Made by a program: the position numbers and the translations under genes
Part shown: positions 37,014 to 50,500 of the stretch, in pieces
Position numbering within the stretch: position 1 is the first letter of the stretch
How the letters are laid out: every line of letters begins with the position of its first letter
Assembly (NCBI GenBank): GCA_051362555.1
Contig: CM120641.1
Span: 3,968,001 to 4,032,000 of the forward strand
DNA from: Lingula anatina
Taxonomy: Eukaryota; Animalia; Brachiopoda
Direction: 5' to 3'
DNA length: 64,000 nucleotides
The notes under the pieces: model-generated
What the model saw: the letters and a program-made list of their open reading frames with translations, nothing else
Told to the model about the DNA's origin: nothing
The model's database searches: none

Positions 37014-37771
37014 GGCGCGTCGCAGATGAATAATACTCTCTCTTTTAAGAAAGGTAATCAAAAGCATAGCCATCAATGCTGTGTGCTTCGTCTTGTTTCA
37101 GTGGTACGCAAATCTTCTGAACATGTGAATACCGCAAGCACACACGCATTAATCATTTATGAGCATTTTATAAGTTGAAATTTAGAAACAAATTTTGAAA
37201 CAGGCTCGAAATACGGACACCGTTGAATACTTTTAGGTTGGACAACGCCTTAATACTACTTTCCAGATTCGTGGTCAAATAGTTACGTGTAAATCACTAT
37301 GAGGAAATTCAACTCTGACAACATATGACCGGTTTAATTTCAATATTTTAATGTTCACTCGTTGCTTGCTCAGGCACATTCTAACGATGTGTAGTGAATC
37401 ACACTCTTAAGTATCAAACCAAGACAATGGCTTCATGGCTTCCTAATCAAAATAGTCAACAAGCTTACTCTGCCTCTTTAGAATTGAAATAACGTATTAT
37501 AAGGAATTACGTAGTAAAACAAAACGTTACTCAAATTTCCTGTGAATTATTAAATGTCTCCGACAAGTAGTGTATCCGTGGCAAATGACCTTCACCGAGT
37601 CACCCACGTATCCAGTAGCTAACAACACCCTGTACCAGTCATTGAGGCGCGGCGATAAATCTTGAGTCGGTTAGTTTGTAAAAATGATTGGGTTCATCAA
37701 AAAAGGTGAAGGAGTAGTAAAAGATTTAAGGCATGTTTGTTACCACAATAACTGGTTGGGATGACATTTAT

Positions 37772-40545
37772 AACAAGGCAGCAAAGCTGTCAAATGTACA
37801 GACAAAAAAAACAAAAAAGAAAAAAAGATGCAAAATAGGTCATTTTGTCAATTTTGATGCAATAATAAATAATTCTTATAATAGCACAGTCAGTCAACAC
37901 TGATTTTTAATCATGCACAACAGGTAACATGGTCAATAACAGGAGCAGATCCAGAGATATTTTCTGACAGTATTTCAAAGTATCTTTGTTGATCCATCTT
38001 CCATTTTGATGGTCTTCCAATAGAAAAAATAAATATCTATCAATATAAACTTTAAAATCTGACTGTCTTCCTGGAGACCCAGAAGATGGTCTCAATCCAC
38101 CCCTTCAATAAGATTACAGTTTCATGACCATGAGAGTTAAAATTCACATAGTGCAAGTCCCAATATATGAAAAAATGATGACAGTGCATAAAATGATAAT
38201 ATATAGTGTTTAAAGACATAAATACCAATACAACTGCTTATGTGGAAATACAGAAAATGTGCAGAGCCTCAGGTGGATGGGAGTTAAAAGTCACATCTTA
38301 AAAATGCCAGTGTTGGAGAAAAAATTAAAAAGAAAACAACAAAAATATATTTCCAATGAAGCTGCTATTTACTGCTTCCTTATTATGGACACTATGTTAA
38401 TTAGCAGAGAGTTTTACCTTTGGGAGTTTACAGGGAAATATCAACAAGTGTGCTTTATGAAATCTCATTTAATGGCCACTTATAATTAGGCAAATTAGTT
38501 TATAGCACTGAACTTAGCCTAATGAATACCCAAGGGGAATTTACAGACTGGCCACACAAATTTGTCTATCAAAGGTCTTCAGGCCCATAAGTCACACCTT
38601 AAGAAAAGCAAAAAACAATAATGCACAAAAACAGGAGACTGCCAATTCTGATGCAACAATACATTATGTTTAACTGCACAGTCAACATCAAATTTTAATT
38701 ATGCACAACAGGTAACACTGATGAAAGGAAAAGCATAAGGTTTCAGGCCCATCAGAGTTCAAGTTTACAATTAGAAAGTGCCAAAATGAGAAAAATGAAA
38801 ATTTCACAAAAAAATGCATAAATTTAATAAAAATGATAATCCAGTAGAGCTGGTTTTCTAATATGAGCTGTATGTCAATCCTATGAATCATTCTTGTAAG
38901 ACTAGTTAAAAAATTGAACTTAACACTTTACTTTACATAATATTAATGGTGGCAGAGCACAAAGTAGGTTTTTTGTTAATTTTGATGCAACATTACGTAA
39001 TGATTAACTGTATAAATACCACCAATTTTAAAATATCTACTATTTAAAACATGGACATTAAGAAAATTTGATTACCACTGGACTTCATGCCCAAGGGAGC
39101 TCTAAGTCCCACATTGAAAATTTCAACATGTGAAAGATGTAACTAACTAATGAGACAATTTTTCAACTGAAGCTGTATTTCAGTCCTATGTTCCTTTCCT
39201 GTAAGTGTGAGAAGAGCAAGTGGCATGGTTTTCCTTTCACCGCCACTACGGAGGCAGTGCCCAGAATAGGGTTTTGTTCAATTTTGATGCAATATTACAC
39301 AATGCTTAACAGCATAAATAAATAACCATAATTTTTTTAATTAAAAAATAAAAGTACCATGGATATTCAGAAAATGTGACTAGCCCATAGAGTTCAGAGT
39401 CATACTTTGAAAATACCAAAATGTAAACAAGAGAAAACTGTATTGAAAGAGTTTATATCCATTTTCAACACCTTTTTTCATACAACAAAATAATCAATTT
39501 ACTGTCATTTTATATGATCAATCAAAAAATATGTTGTCAAAGCAAAAATATCAATAGAACAATTATAAATGTCCAACATGCTCCATTCTGAGATTCTGAA
39601 CATAGTGTATGGTTGAATCTGACAAAATGTAAAGATATGAGTTTTTTTCCATTTTTGACACTAATTAAACAACACTCAATATCAGGTTTACCATCATTCT
39701 TATATAATCAACTAACAACGTTGTTAAGATGCAGAAAATGTCAAAAGAACAACTTAACATATCTAATTAGTTCAAAAATGACTGTTAACATGCCTAAGGA
39801 TTACATTTAAGGAAAAAACACTTATACACAAAAAAGGCATAACTTCACCAAACTTTAACTGATCAAGCTTATTTTCAAAACTTAATCTGTATTTCAGTAA
39901 CACTGATCACTACTGTGAATTTCAAGACAATTGGCCAATCAATTTTCTTTTAAGTGTGACATAGGTATTGCATATATGCTGAAAAAAGTGAAAAAACAGC
40001 AAAACTTTATACAAAAATGCCCTGATCATGCCAATTTTCAAACTTAACTTGGGTATTATAGATATTCATCAGTTCTGTAAGTTTCAAGCCAAAAAGTAAA
40101 GTGGTTTTTCATTTATCGTGTTATCAGGGTTGAATATATGCTGAAAAAAGTGAAAAAAAAAAACAGCATAACTTCCATAAAAATGTTCCTATCATGCTGA
40201 TTTTCGAACTTGACCTGCGTATTATGAATATTCATCAGTTCTACAAGTTTCAAACCAAAAAATAAAACGGTTTTCCACTCATCGTGTTATCGGTGCTACA
40301 TAAATGCTGAAAAAAGGGAAAAAACAGCTGAACTTCCCTAAAAATAACCCGATCATGCTGATTTTTTAACTTGATCTGCGTATTATGAATATTCATCAGT
40401 TCTGTAAGTTTCAAGCCAAAAGAAAAAACGGTTTTCCACTTATCGTGTTATCGGTAAAAGTGCACGACGACGACGACGGCGACGACAGACGCAGGTGATG
40501 GCTATATGTACACATCTGTGACACATCTGTGTCTGTACATAAAAA
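37772..40545 (-). mobile_element. Non-autonomous Helentron carrying ~162-166-bp tandem core repeats
   Basis: Subterminal inverted 11-mers ATGTACAGACA (37794) and TGTCTGTACAT (40530), a terminal hairpin GGCAGC-AAA-GCTGTC, a (GAC)n microsatellite and A-rich ends. Confidence 0.75.
39815..40455. repeat. Tandem repeat, ~4 units of ~162-166 bp
   Basis: GCTGAAAAAAG(T/G)GAAAAA recurs at 39978, 40140 and 40306; ATATTCATCAGTTCT is repeated. Confidence 0.85.
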
Positions 40546-41883
40546 GAGTATCAATAAAGTCTTAATGTCTGTTAAAATATATCACATTAAATACAAATGT
40601 TGCTGTATCCTCCCCAGGGAGGTGAGAACGCCTATAGAGTGTAATTGGGCAAAAATGACCAGGCTTCTCTCACATACATTTCATTTAAATAAATAAATAA
40701 AGTATATATATATTATGTAAAACTTCAACCTTCGGGTTGTAATATTCCAATAAAGATTATTATTATTACTAATTAACATGGTCTGACACTAAATCACGAA
40801 ATAAAGCACGGCGCGACCTATTGTCTTTTGACAGGAGAGTGCTTTAAAAGTATACATAAAACACAAGCGACTCAGTAATCGGGCCAGTGTTGTCTCGCCA
40901 GCGTCGCGTCACTTTAGCAACGAACATGGAATGTGTCGTCTGCTAGACGACATCCTGCTTCCCGGTAAGAAGTATATACTTTTCAAATAAGGAACTTTTT
41001 GGAGGTTGGGGCAAGTTAAGAAAAATATACTTTAACGTTTTCTGTTGGCTGTGCCGCCTTCCTCAATAAGGCCTTAGTTTTTGTAAAGCATTATTGTCAA
41101 TGGATCACCAATGTAATGCACGTGACATTAATTCCTAAACTACTTTAGAAGTTTAGAATTTCTCTTGGAACTGCTACAATTTACCTTTGTATTATTATTT
41201 ATATTTTATATTATTATTTATATTATTCCCATCTCCTAGAATACCAGAATTTGAACTGTCTTTGTTTGCTATGTTCCCAGGATTAAGTGAGCGCGTTTCT
41301 TCATTGTAATATTGTTTCGCTATTTCTCTGGTCTCCCCATACAAGTATAAGAAAGTATAAGCCCTAATGCCCGTCACGAAGGTCGAGGAAATGCCCGTCA
41401 TAATTATCATAGAAGTTGACAGAAAACGAGCTTTGTTAAAAGGGATCACTGAAGTCGGAAATATAATCACGCAATATGCCTAATTTTACGAAACTAGATC
41501 TGATTAAATGTGAACCATAGGTAAAGTTCACACAGGAATTACCTCACCTCAGCACCTTTCTATAAAGTGTAGGATAGAGGCAACTGAGGTTAATTTTTGT
41601 GCGCATTTAAGCATAAAAATCTTTCAGGGTTCGAGGCATTGGTCGATCATCAAGAATAGAGGTCTACAGGTAATGGGAAGAAATATGAGTGATGCATTTC
41701 CCGAAAAATGGCATTTGCCATGGCAATTGGCAACAATTTATTACCATCCAATAAAAACGTCGACTTTGTTCTGGCGAATATAAAATCTGTTGAAACAGGC
41801 TACTACTATCATAATGACTTGCAGTCTGTAGCAAACAAGTGTCTGTCTTGTTTATTGGCGCCATCGACTTAAAGACTGTCAAT

Positions 41884-43156
41884 ATGTCTGCATTGTCTTT
41901 TTTTTTCCTTTTGGTATTGGGGTCAGTCTGTTGTAGTCAACATCCCATAATGAATGTCCTTCAAAAGGGCATATTTGCAGATGCAACAACTCCTTCCAAC
42001 AGATTTTTACAAAATCGGATGAGATACAGCCCGACTTTGTGGAGGCCAGCTGGAAGTATGGGTACAAAATACAGTTTATGGGAAAAAAGGTCGCTTAAAA
42101 AACCAACTCAAACTATAGCAAGACGTTCCTTCTCCAGACCGCGTAGAAAGGCAAATGGAATCGGAATTACAACAGTCAACACTGCTGAATTCACGGAGAG
42201 AATGAATATACTGCAAAACAACACAGAATCAAGTCCATTTCCAAGTTCCGAGTCGTTTCAAGCCACCCCTAACACCAGTTCCTTGGACGATTCCTCCGAA
42301 GTCAGGCCTTTTGCACATTTTTGGAATAGATCACAATTCCTGTTCCCTGCAAACAAAAACTTTTGTTTGGAATTGTTCGGCAGCATTTCATGGCAACACA
42401 TCACGTGTTACTGTGACTCATTTTGCGAAATATTTAATGATTGTTGCCTGCCATATCTGTCTTGCAATGAAATGCCAACTGATCGTAATGTAACAGCGAT
42501 CAAACAATTAAATATAACAAGAAATCAAGTTGAATGCAGATCCCAGAGTACGAAACTTGACCAAGTAAAGGTGTCAACAAGAAAGATCCGACAGCTAGGG
42601 TTCAGTTATTTCTGGATGGTCTCATCTTGCTTGAGTAGAGCACACTCAACTCTCCGCCGAAAATGCGAGTTTTCAGGGTTTACAACTGACCTTGACCTTC
42701 TCAGTCCAGTTTCAGATCCAGTATCAAAACTTACCTATAAAAACAAATACTGTGCTGCTTGTTACAATGTAGTTGAGACTTCAGTATGGGAGACGATGTT
42801 TAAGTGCGGACCTATTACTTCAAGCGTTTACGAGATAGTTATCAACATATCTTCAATGAAGGATCTTCTTGCACGTATTGAGTTTCACGAATCATGTTCA
42901 CTTTATTTCAAACCACCAAAAGAAATTCCAGGAAGACCATGCACTCTTAAAGGTATTGGCCATCATACCGGGATTCGTTGGTTTAGCACGTGTGGTCCGA
43001 AAAACATTTTCCTTCAAGAACGGTGCCAAAATGCCCCAATTACAATGATGCAGTATGTTCAAGATTTTGGAGGCTTAATATACAGCAGAAATGTTTTCTG
43101 TTGGCTGTGCCGCCTTCCTGACATACCGAACACTTTTACAGATTGCCCAAATTTTG
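41884..43156 (+). CDS. Copy D coding exon 1 (A-type); gene join(41884..43156,43407..43504,45099..45698), ~656 aa
   Basis: Close duplicate of copy A exon 1 with the same GTGGGT donor. Confidence 0.85.
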
Positions 43157-43406
43157 GTGGGTCATTCACTTAATGTGATATTCTTCACGTTATAATGTTG
43201 GCTATTTATGTGCATTTTAAATTGGTCTTCGGCTCATCACATGTCCCTTTATTAACAGTTTAATTACCATTCTGATAAAATATAACCTGGTAAATGCAGA
43301 ACAGAATGCTTTCAATATCTGTTAAGGTTTTTTAGATTATCTTCAATTAGCATAAAATATATATTTTTTTACCAGTAAGGAAATATATATTTTGGCAAAC
43401 TTTCAG

Positions 43407-43504
43407 TTGACCCGACAAAAGATCGTGGATTTGACCCTCTCGAATTGGGAGTACTAATTGATGTGCCGCACGAAAAGGACTGGTGTAAGCCACAAACAGA
43501 CACA
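43407..43504 (+). CDS. Copy D coding exon 2 (98 bp)
   Basis: TTTCAG and GTAAGT boundaries; in frame. Confidence 0.85.
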
Positions 43505-43758
43505 GTAAGTAACTGACCATAACAAGTGTTGTTTAACGTTCCTGTCTTTTCTTATGTCATACCATAGCCATATATTAAATTCAAACTGTGATTCTGTGTT
43601 ATTTATAGTTAGTTTGCTTTTTCAAAGGATTGTCTGCGTGATACTTCTCCTTTAACATTTTATTTGACCATCTCATTTCAGTTCTTAATTTAACAAACAC
43701 TTTACCTACCAATAATTGATGTTTAATAGGATTTTATTGAAAAAAGAAATATATATAT

Positions 43759-43760
<2 letters not shown>

Positions 43761-43798
<38 letters not shown>
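43761..43798. repeat. poly(T) tract
   Basis: 38 T; not present at the orthologous A site, which has (AT)n. Confidence 0.9.
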
Positions 43799-43799
<1 letters not shown>

Positions 43800-45098
43800 A
43801 AGCTGAGTACTTTTTTGTATGCTGGGTATAGCTCACCAGACTATATTCCCATTGTAAATATATGATCATCAGATTTCAGTATGGTAAGGTCGGCCCATTT
43901 CATGTATAGGGTTAAGTAACAATTAAAACATGAAAGTTAACATGAAAGTTAACATGAAAGGAAGGACACCTCTTTGTATGAGATTCAAAATTTCGCAATA
44001 AGTAAACAACACATAAAAATGTAATAATTGCATTTTACCACCAAAATGGAGGTTAATCGTAATATCTGGATGTCGCAAAACAGATCTAGAGGACCGTTAT
44101 TGATTGCTACCCAGTAATAATCTCTTGAGAAATTTTAGCTTAACACATACATTTTAAATCAATTACCTTTGAATGTCAGAACAGATTCATTAATATTCGG
44201 TAGTATTGTCGATAATCCCAGAAAAATTCGCTTTATGACACTTTTTCCGCCAAAATAAAGTCTTCTCCCTTTAATAAAATTATTCTAAAACATAACCATG
44301 ATCCCTACGTTTTAAAAAATTCTAATAAGCTAATAATAATCATTATTATAATGACCAAAAATGTCCATTAGCTTGGTATTTGGATCATAAATGAAAATTA
44401 TCAAACACAAGCCGAAATATTTTCGTACCGTTAGCTTACGGCCAACCTTGGCGAAGGCCTTCATCATACTGATGTGAGTAGATGTTGATACTCACTGACC
44501 GCTAGCTGGTATAGCGGCCAGGACCCTCTTATAAATACTACCTACACAGGCTACCACCTAGTGATCAGTGTGTGTCAACATCTACATCTTGCCCCAGGCA
44601 ATTTTGCCCATGTGCATGTTTTGTTATGCTAGCCAATCCATCTGAATGGTTCCCATGTAACAACCCAGCCTGGCTATTTTGCGTGTCAGAATTTCCTCCT
44701 ATATGTCAACGGCTTGGTGATATAAGTATCCCTCTTGACTTAGGAGCCGCATATTTAAATATAATTAATGTTGGAATATTTCATTGGTCACGCTAGGTAT
44801 GTCAGTGTTCTACTCCCCAATCTACATCGGTTGCCTAGTAGTTATGTAATAGTAAAATTAAACTATGGGTACCCTTGTAGCAATGTACGTAATTGCGTTA
44901 GGGTGACACTTTTGCTTGGGGAGCACAAGAATCAACTTTTCACTTTCTACAGTAAATTTAAGCTTTACAAAGCTTAATTTAATGTGAAAAATGAAAATTT
45001 TAATCTTAAAACAATCAACGAATCACTCAGATTAATTTCCAATAGTAAGTAATTTGTTTTTACATTTAAAGTACATAAAGTTGACTTTGACGTTTCAG

Positions 45099-45698
45099 GC
45101 ACAGTGCTTTGCCTCAAAAACTATGGAACAAGACCAGTGTTTTTCGCCTGTAGTTGGTGTCTTCAATGGTTATTACGACTTAAAGCTATTGATTGTCCCC
45201 CAAGATGAACTGTACGTTCTTAAAAACCGCATTGATTGGACTGACTGTAAATCAATAGCGGAAAAAGCATTACCTTATAGTTTTTCCTATTCCAAACGGG
45301 GTGAATGGGCATTTTTGGAAGAGAAGGTCACATGTACGGGCATGACAGCTGATACGAACGTCACGAGTGCCAAGACCTTTGCAAGAACAGCATATGTCTA
45401 TGATATCCCAGTTGTTTTAAAAAGAAAAATCAACAGATACGGTCAGGGTATAACCCATTTTGAATCGTTGCAAGATGAGGTTGTCAAGTATCTCCAACGA
45501 AAGAGTGTGATTAGCCATAACGGGGTAAATTACAAAGTAAGCCTCATCCGGGAAGAGCAGCAAATTTGTGAAAACATTGAACGTGAGACAGAGGCTAATA
45601 CGATGCTGCCGCATTCCTTTGCAACTGACCACCGTGTCCCTTATTTTGTTATTGTGATATGCTCCAGCGTCGCCCTGATGTACTTTTTGCTATCTTAA
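45099..45698 (+). CDS. Copy D coding exon 3
   Basis: TTTCAG|GCA acceptor; open frame to TAA. Confidence 0.85.
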   Translation, partial: AQCFASKTMEQDQCFSPVVGVFNGYYDLKLLIVPQDELYVLKNRIDWTDCKSIAEKALPYSFSYSKRGEWAFLEEKVTCTGMTADTNVTSAKTFARTAYVYDIPVVLKRKINRYGQGITHFESLQDEVVKYLQRKSVISHNGVNYKVSLIREEQQICENIERETEANTMLPHSFATDHRVPYFVIVICSSVALMYFLLS

Positions 45699-47344
45699 TG
45701 AAAAGACAATCTCTTAAGGTAGTGTCCTTATGCTAACTGCGCAAGAACGTCACGCCTTGGCGTTTATTTTGTTCTACATTGCATCAGCAGCTTGTGCTTG
45801 CGATCTAGCAATTCACGAAAGTTGGCGTTAACAGGTTGGCTAAAATTGCCTCACAAATGCTTTCCATCACTTTTTGACCGTATCTGCCCTTGTTACACAT
45901 ACTGATGCCCGGTGTGGCGAGTAAAGTCGTTGAAAAACTTTGTTTTCCAAACTTAAAAAATACAACAAGGAAATGGGAAAAAACCAGTTTTATCGTCAAA
46001 CTGGCTGGAACATACGAACAAAATTTACATGGGTACCTGTTATTTTCTTTTTGTAGTAAATTAATTGATTTACACTTTTACTAATCGCAGAAAATGATTT
46101 AAACGGAATCAAATGAGTGAAAGAAAAGGGAGTTATTGAGTGTAAGTTAAACTTCCTTATGAGTTTACAAGCGTAGAAATTGTTTTCATGATAGGAAAAG
46201 ATGGAACATGTCAAAGTCACATATAGTTCGATTTGACTGACTGATCTTTCAATAGATTTGCAAGTTTCTGACACGTGTTAAACACATTCAAACTAAGGAT
46301 GGATATGGTCCAAGCATGAGTAATCCAAATAATATTTTAATATTTTTAAATGAAAACAAGTCTCTTAGAAATTACCTAATAGGGAAATGTTGCATAGTGG
46401 TTTGCAACATGGGAATGAAAAATTCCTTGTAATCGCGCAAAGACAACAAGTGAATGCATGATCATTACGGAGAAATAAATACTTGTGAAATAAATACTTG
46501 CAAAATTGTATGAAAAAGACAGTCGGTGAATAAACGCCTGAAAACTCCAGACCGTCACTTGTCACTTTAACATTTTCATTCATGTCTTCCATATGCAATT
46601 AACACCATGTGTAGGAAATATGGACTACCGGTATGAGCACACTTCATGTTTGAAGAAAATTTTAAATATATATTTTATGCTTCTATAGTATTTGAATCCA
46701 AAGTTTTAATCACCATAGCAAAAAACTAACATGGGTGCCTATCAATTTTAAATCTTAATACGAATGCCAAAGTCTCAACTTTGCTTGTAAAAAAATTAAA
46801 AAAACATCAGACAGATGTATCTTAAGGACATTACCTTAAACGTTCAAACAGAAACCATATCAAAGTTATTTATGTCTCCTCCATCTCAGTGTACCACAAA
46901 CTTTCATAGTCTCATTCATAACAAGAAAGAAGGCAACAAGGAATATTGATTGTTCTTGATTTGGCCAAACAAGACCGCTTTTATTATATTACCCCAGTAT
47001 CCTAATCATTCTAACAATAATAACAATGTAGCAAATGGTTGCCTGTATTAAATGTTATGGCCTTAGGGATAAAAATTATATATCAAATATTTAATAAGAC
47101 TATCATCCTAAAAATTATGATGTGACGAGTCAGCAAAAGTTATTATTTACCAACAATTTTGCACAAATTTCATTTGTGGGGTTGCAAAGAGCCCATAACC
47201 TTGACTGGTGCCCAAACGCACTGGGCAAGAAAACCCCACAAAGGAAAGCATGATGTAATCCAATGTAGTTTGGAGAACAATGAATTTCCACAAAAAGAAA
47301 TGGCTATTAGTAAAAAGAAAATGAGTAAGTAAATGAATTATGAA

Positions 47345-47535
47345 AGTATAAATAAATAAACTATGTCATAAAGCATGCCACACAACCTGACAAAGCAGGA
47401 AGGACAGTATAAATAAATAAAAAGATAATGTCATAAAAGCATGTAACTCAACCTGACGTAGCGGGGAGGATAATATATAAATAAATATGTCATAAAAGCA
47501 TGCCACTCGACCCGACGTAGTGGGGAGATAATATA
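47345..47535. repeat. ~57-60-bp minisatellite, left part (3 units)
   Basis: Unit ATAAATAAATATGTCATAAAAGCATGCCACTCAACCCGAC..AGCGGGGAGGAT; continues at 51773. Confidence 0.85.
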
Positions 47536-50500
47536 CCGTGTAGCTATTAAAAAACACGACTACTGGTACGCGTTTAATCGATAACTGATTTAATACTCGT
47601 CAGATTACCATCCGCCCCCTTCCTTATGAATAGGTATTACTTTATTAATACAATGCAACCGACGTGTAGCCGCATGTTAGAAGACAATGTGTGACTACGC
47701 ACGGCAGTATGAGGCCGCTACCCCTTCCCAGCAAGGAGTCAACTAAGCCGCAAGTTAGAAGACAATGCGTGATTACTAACAGCAGTAGGAGGCCGCTACC
47801 TCTCCCCAGCAAGGAGTCAACACAGCAGTGCGTAACCCGGGCTTAATTAGGGGTTATTAGTTGTCCACTTATGATCGGTATTGTTCGTCTTGATTGCAGC
47901 ACACTTCCTACTCACTATTGGTTCGCCCGCCTCTTCTTTAAATGCTCTCTCAAACCTTTCCTCAGTCAGCCGAGAATGGAAACACGTTTATCTGCCGATA
48001 AAATTCGTCGTTGATGTATTTTTGGCATCCTTCTACAGTGGGCCATAAGGCTCTATCTATGATTTTTTTCGTCTGGCATTTTACCAGATTAAGCTGACGC
48101 TTGAAAACTAAATTAAATGAATAATTTTCTCACGTTCACGTATCCAGCTAATTTTACGACAATAACTTCCACGGCACCTCCGCCATTTGCAATTGTAGAC
48201 GAAACACGTGTTTCCAACTGATAGGCTAATACAACTATACCAGACCCATTGAACGATAAAAAACTGTTTATATTTAGTGAATTAAAAAACATTTGGGAAT
48301 CGCGATTTTCTATTGATAAACTTTCGATGGTATCCCTGTATTAAATCATCCACTGCTACCCCCTCTATTGTAGTGTAGCATGACTCGTATCACAAGATGG
48401 TCTTAGAAATGAAGTAAGACGGGCCTACACTCTGATAGTTTTTATTATTTTCTATTATTAACCCTAATGTCGTTTCTTGTCATTCATTCTAGAACTATCT
48501 GAGCCATCGCAAAGTTATTTGCCAGGACATTAAAAGGCTACTTCTTAACGGATTTTTTTTTTTCACTGAGTCCAAAAATGTTCGAGGACGTCTCTGTCGT
48601 TATCGCCGTTTCTCGAACGTCATTTAAACGGCGTTGAACGGCAGTCCCAGACAAAGGATCGGAAGTTTCTAAATAAAAGAACTTATAAATGCTGCCACTA
48701 GCCAGTTATTGTTCCTAAGTAAAGAGAGGCGATAATGATCTGTTCTTTCTTCTAGCTTAGTCTGTCGACTAAAATGAACAAGGTTAGGCTTACAACGCAA
48801 CCACCAATTATAACGACCATTAATGAGGTTCTTTGCTACACTCCCTTTCTTCATGATCGCGACCCCCGTGGGTGCTGTGTTTTAAATATATTTAAAAGGG
48901 GTCTCGCGAGGTGAAGCTATAATAATGAACTAAAATCCGATGAATAGGCCTATCTAATAAACCATGAAGCACGTAGCCTAGGCCTCTTCTTTGACCGACA
49001 TCAAAGTTTTACATTCTTTGTTTTAATAAGAGGGCGAACGTAGTCTAATTTGTCTTTTCGTGGTGATTTTGCTCGAAGTAGCGGAGTCAAGTAAATCGGT
49101 GATTTATCGTTGGTAAGAGTACAGGTAGCAATCATCCCTCCTACGTCCTCACAGATTACTTTCTAATCCCCCGTAATTAACGCAGTCAGGAAGAAGCGCT
49201 GAAATAGGGGATTTTGTATCAGGGAAAAGTTTAGTATTAATCTTATGTCATCACGTATCTGTATTATGTAATCATGTAACTCATTTTCCCAAGGCAACCA
49301 CCAATTATGACGACCATTAATGAAGTTCTCTGCTACACTCTTTCCTCTCCTCTCTCGTGAAACCCTGGAGGTGTTGGGTATATTTGGGGTAGTTTACTAT
49401 AGCATGCTACACTCTCCTCATGATCACTTGCTCGATCGTGAAATCTGGAGTGAAACCCTTGGTTTATCTAACAATGGTTTAAATAAATAAAAAGGGTGTC
49501 ACGGAGGTGAAGCTGCTTAACTCATAAGAATAATGAACATTTAATACACCACGAGGAACGTATGTTTTGACCGTCATCGCCTTTTTTAAATAAATTGTTT
49601 CATCAAGAGGGCAGATGTAGTCCAATTTGTCTTTTGTTGGTGATTCTGCTTCAGGTGGCTGAGTGTAGTTGATCGGTGAAGTACCGTTGGTAAGAGTAGC
49701 AATCATCACATCCGCGTCCGAACGGATTACTTTCCAACCCCCCATAATTAACGCAGCTGAAATAGGGGGTATTATATCAGAAATTAATTTTTGTAATTAC
49801 ATATATCTATCCGTAAAATGAGAATCGTTACATTATCACGTATTTTTCCAGATGGAAAATATATTATAATATGCACATTGATCAAATTATAAAGAAAATC
49901 TCCAGATGTAAACAAAGGTCAGTCATGTATCACTCATCCCAGGCTGCAGGGCAGATAAAGAGAATTGAATGAAGCGCGAGTGATCTGGCAACAATACAAT
50001 TTCGTCATAATGATTCATGGGCAAACAATAGAAGCATGAAATTAACACCTTTTACAGTGTGAAGGACGACACCTAATGAGGCTCTTGTTTTTTCCCTGGG
50101 TGGTTATTACAAAGTAAGAATGTTGACGTAAGTGTTATCTGCTTCCTGGTGAAGACTTTTGCGTGTTCAAAGGAACAATGGAAATGTCATTTCAAAACAA
50201 AGAGCCACATTTCCCTACTTAGGTGGCCAAAATATTGTCAATGAAACGCAAAAAAAAAGACAAAATCACCAGCTGTTACTGACTGAGTCTAACTCAAATG
50301 GAAAAAGGTACGCACAGCGACAAAGCGCTATTGTAAACAAAGACCCCACGATGAGATCAATAGATGTATAAATGACTTATTGTACTATAAAATTGTACCC
50401 CTGCCCCTACTTGTATATTATTACACACATAAGGTCACCCTATACCAGAGCTGCGGATTGATATTCCATTCTTTTCAGTCTCTTGCACTGAAGAAAAATA

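Noticed and set aside
40600-40665. CTCCCCAGGGAG motif (also ~28590 and ~29620) as SINE fragments
   Set aside because: It is reminiscent of a conserved SINE core domain, but too short, with no tRNA-derived head visible to support a call.
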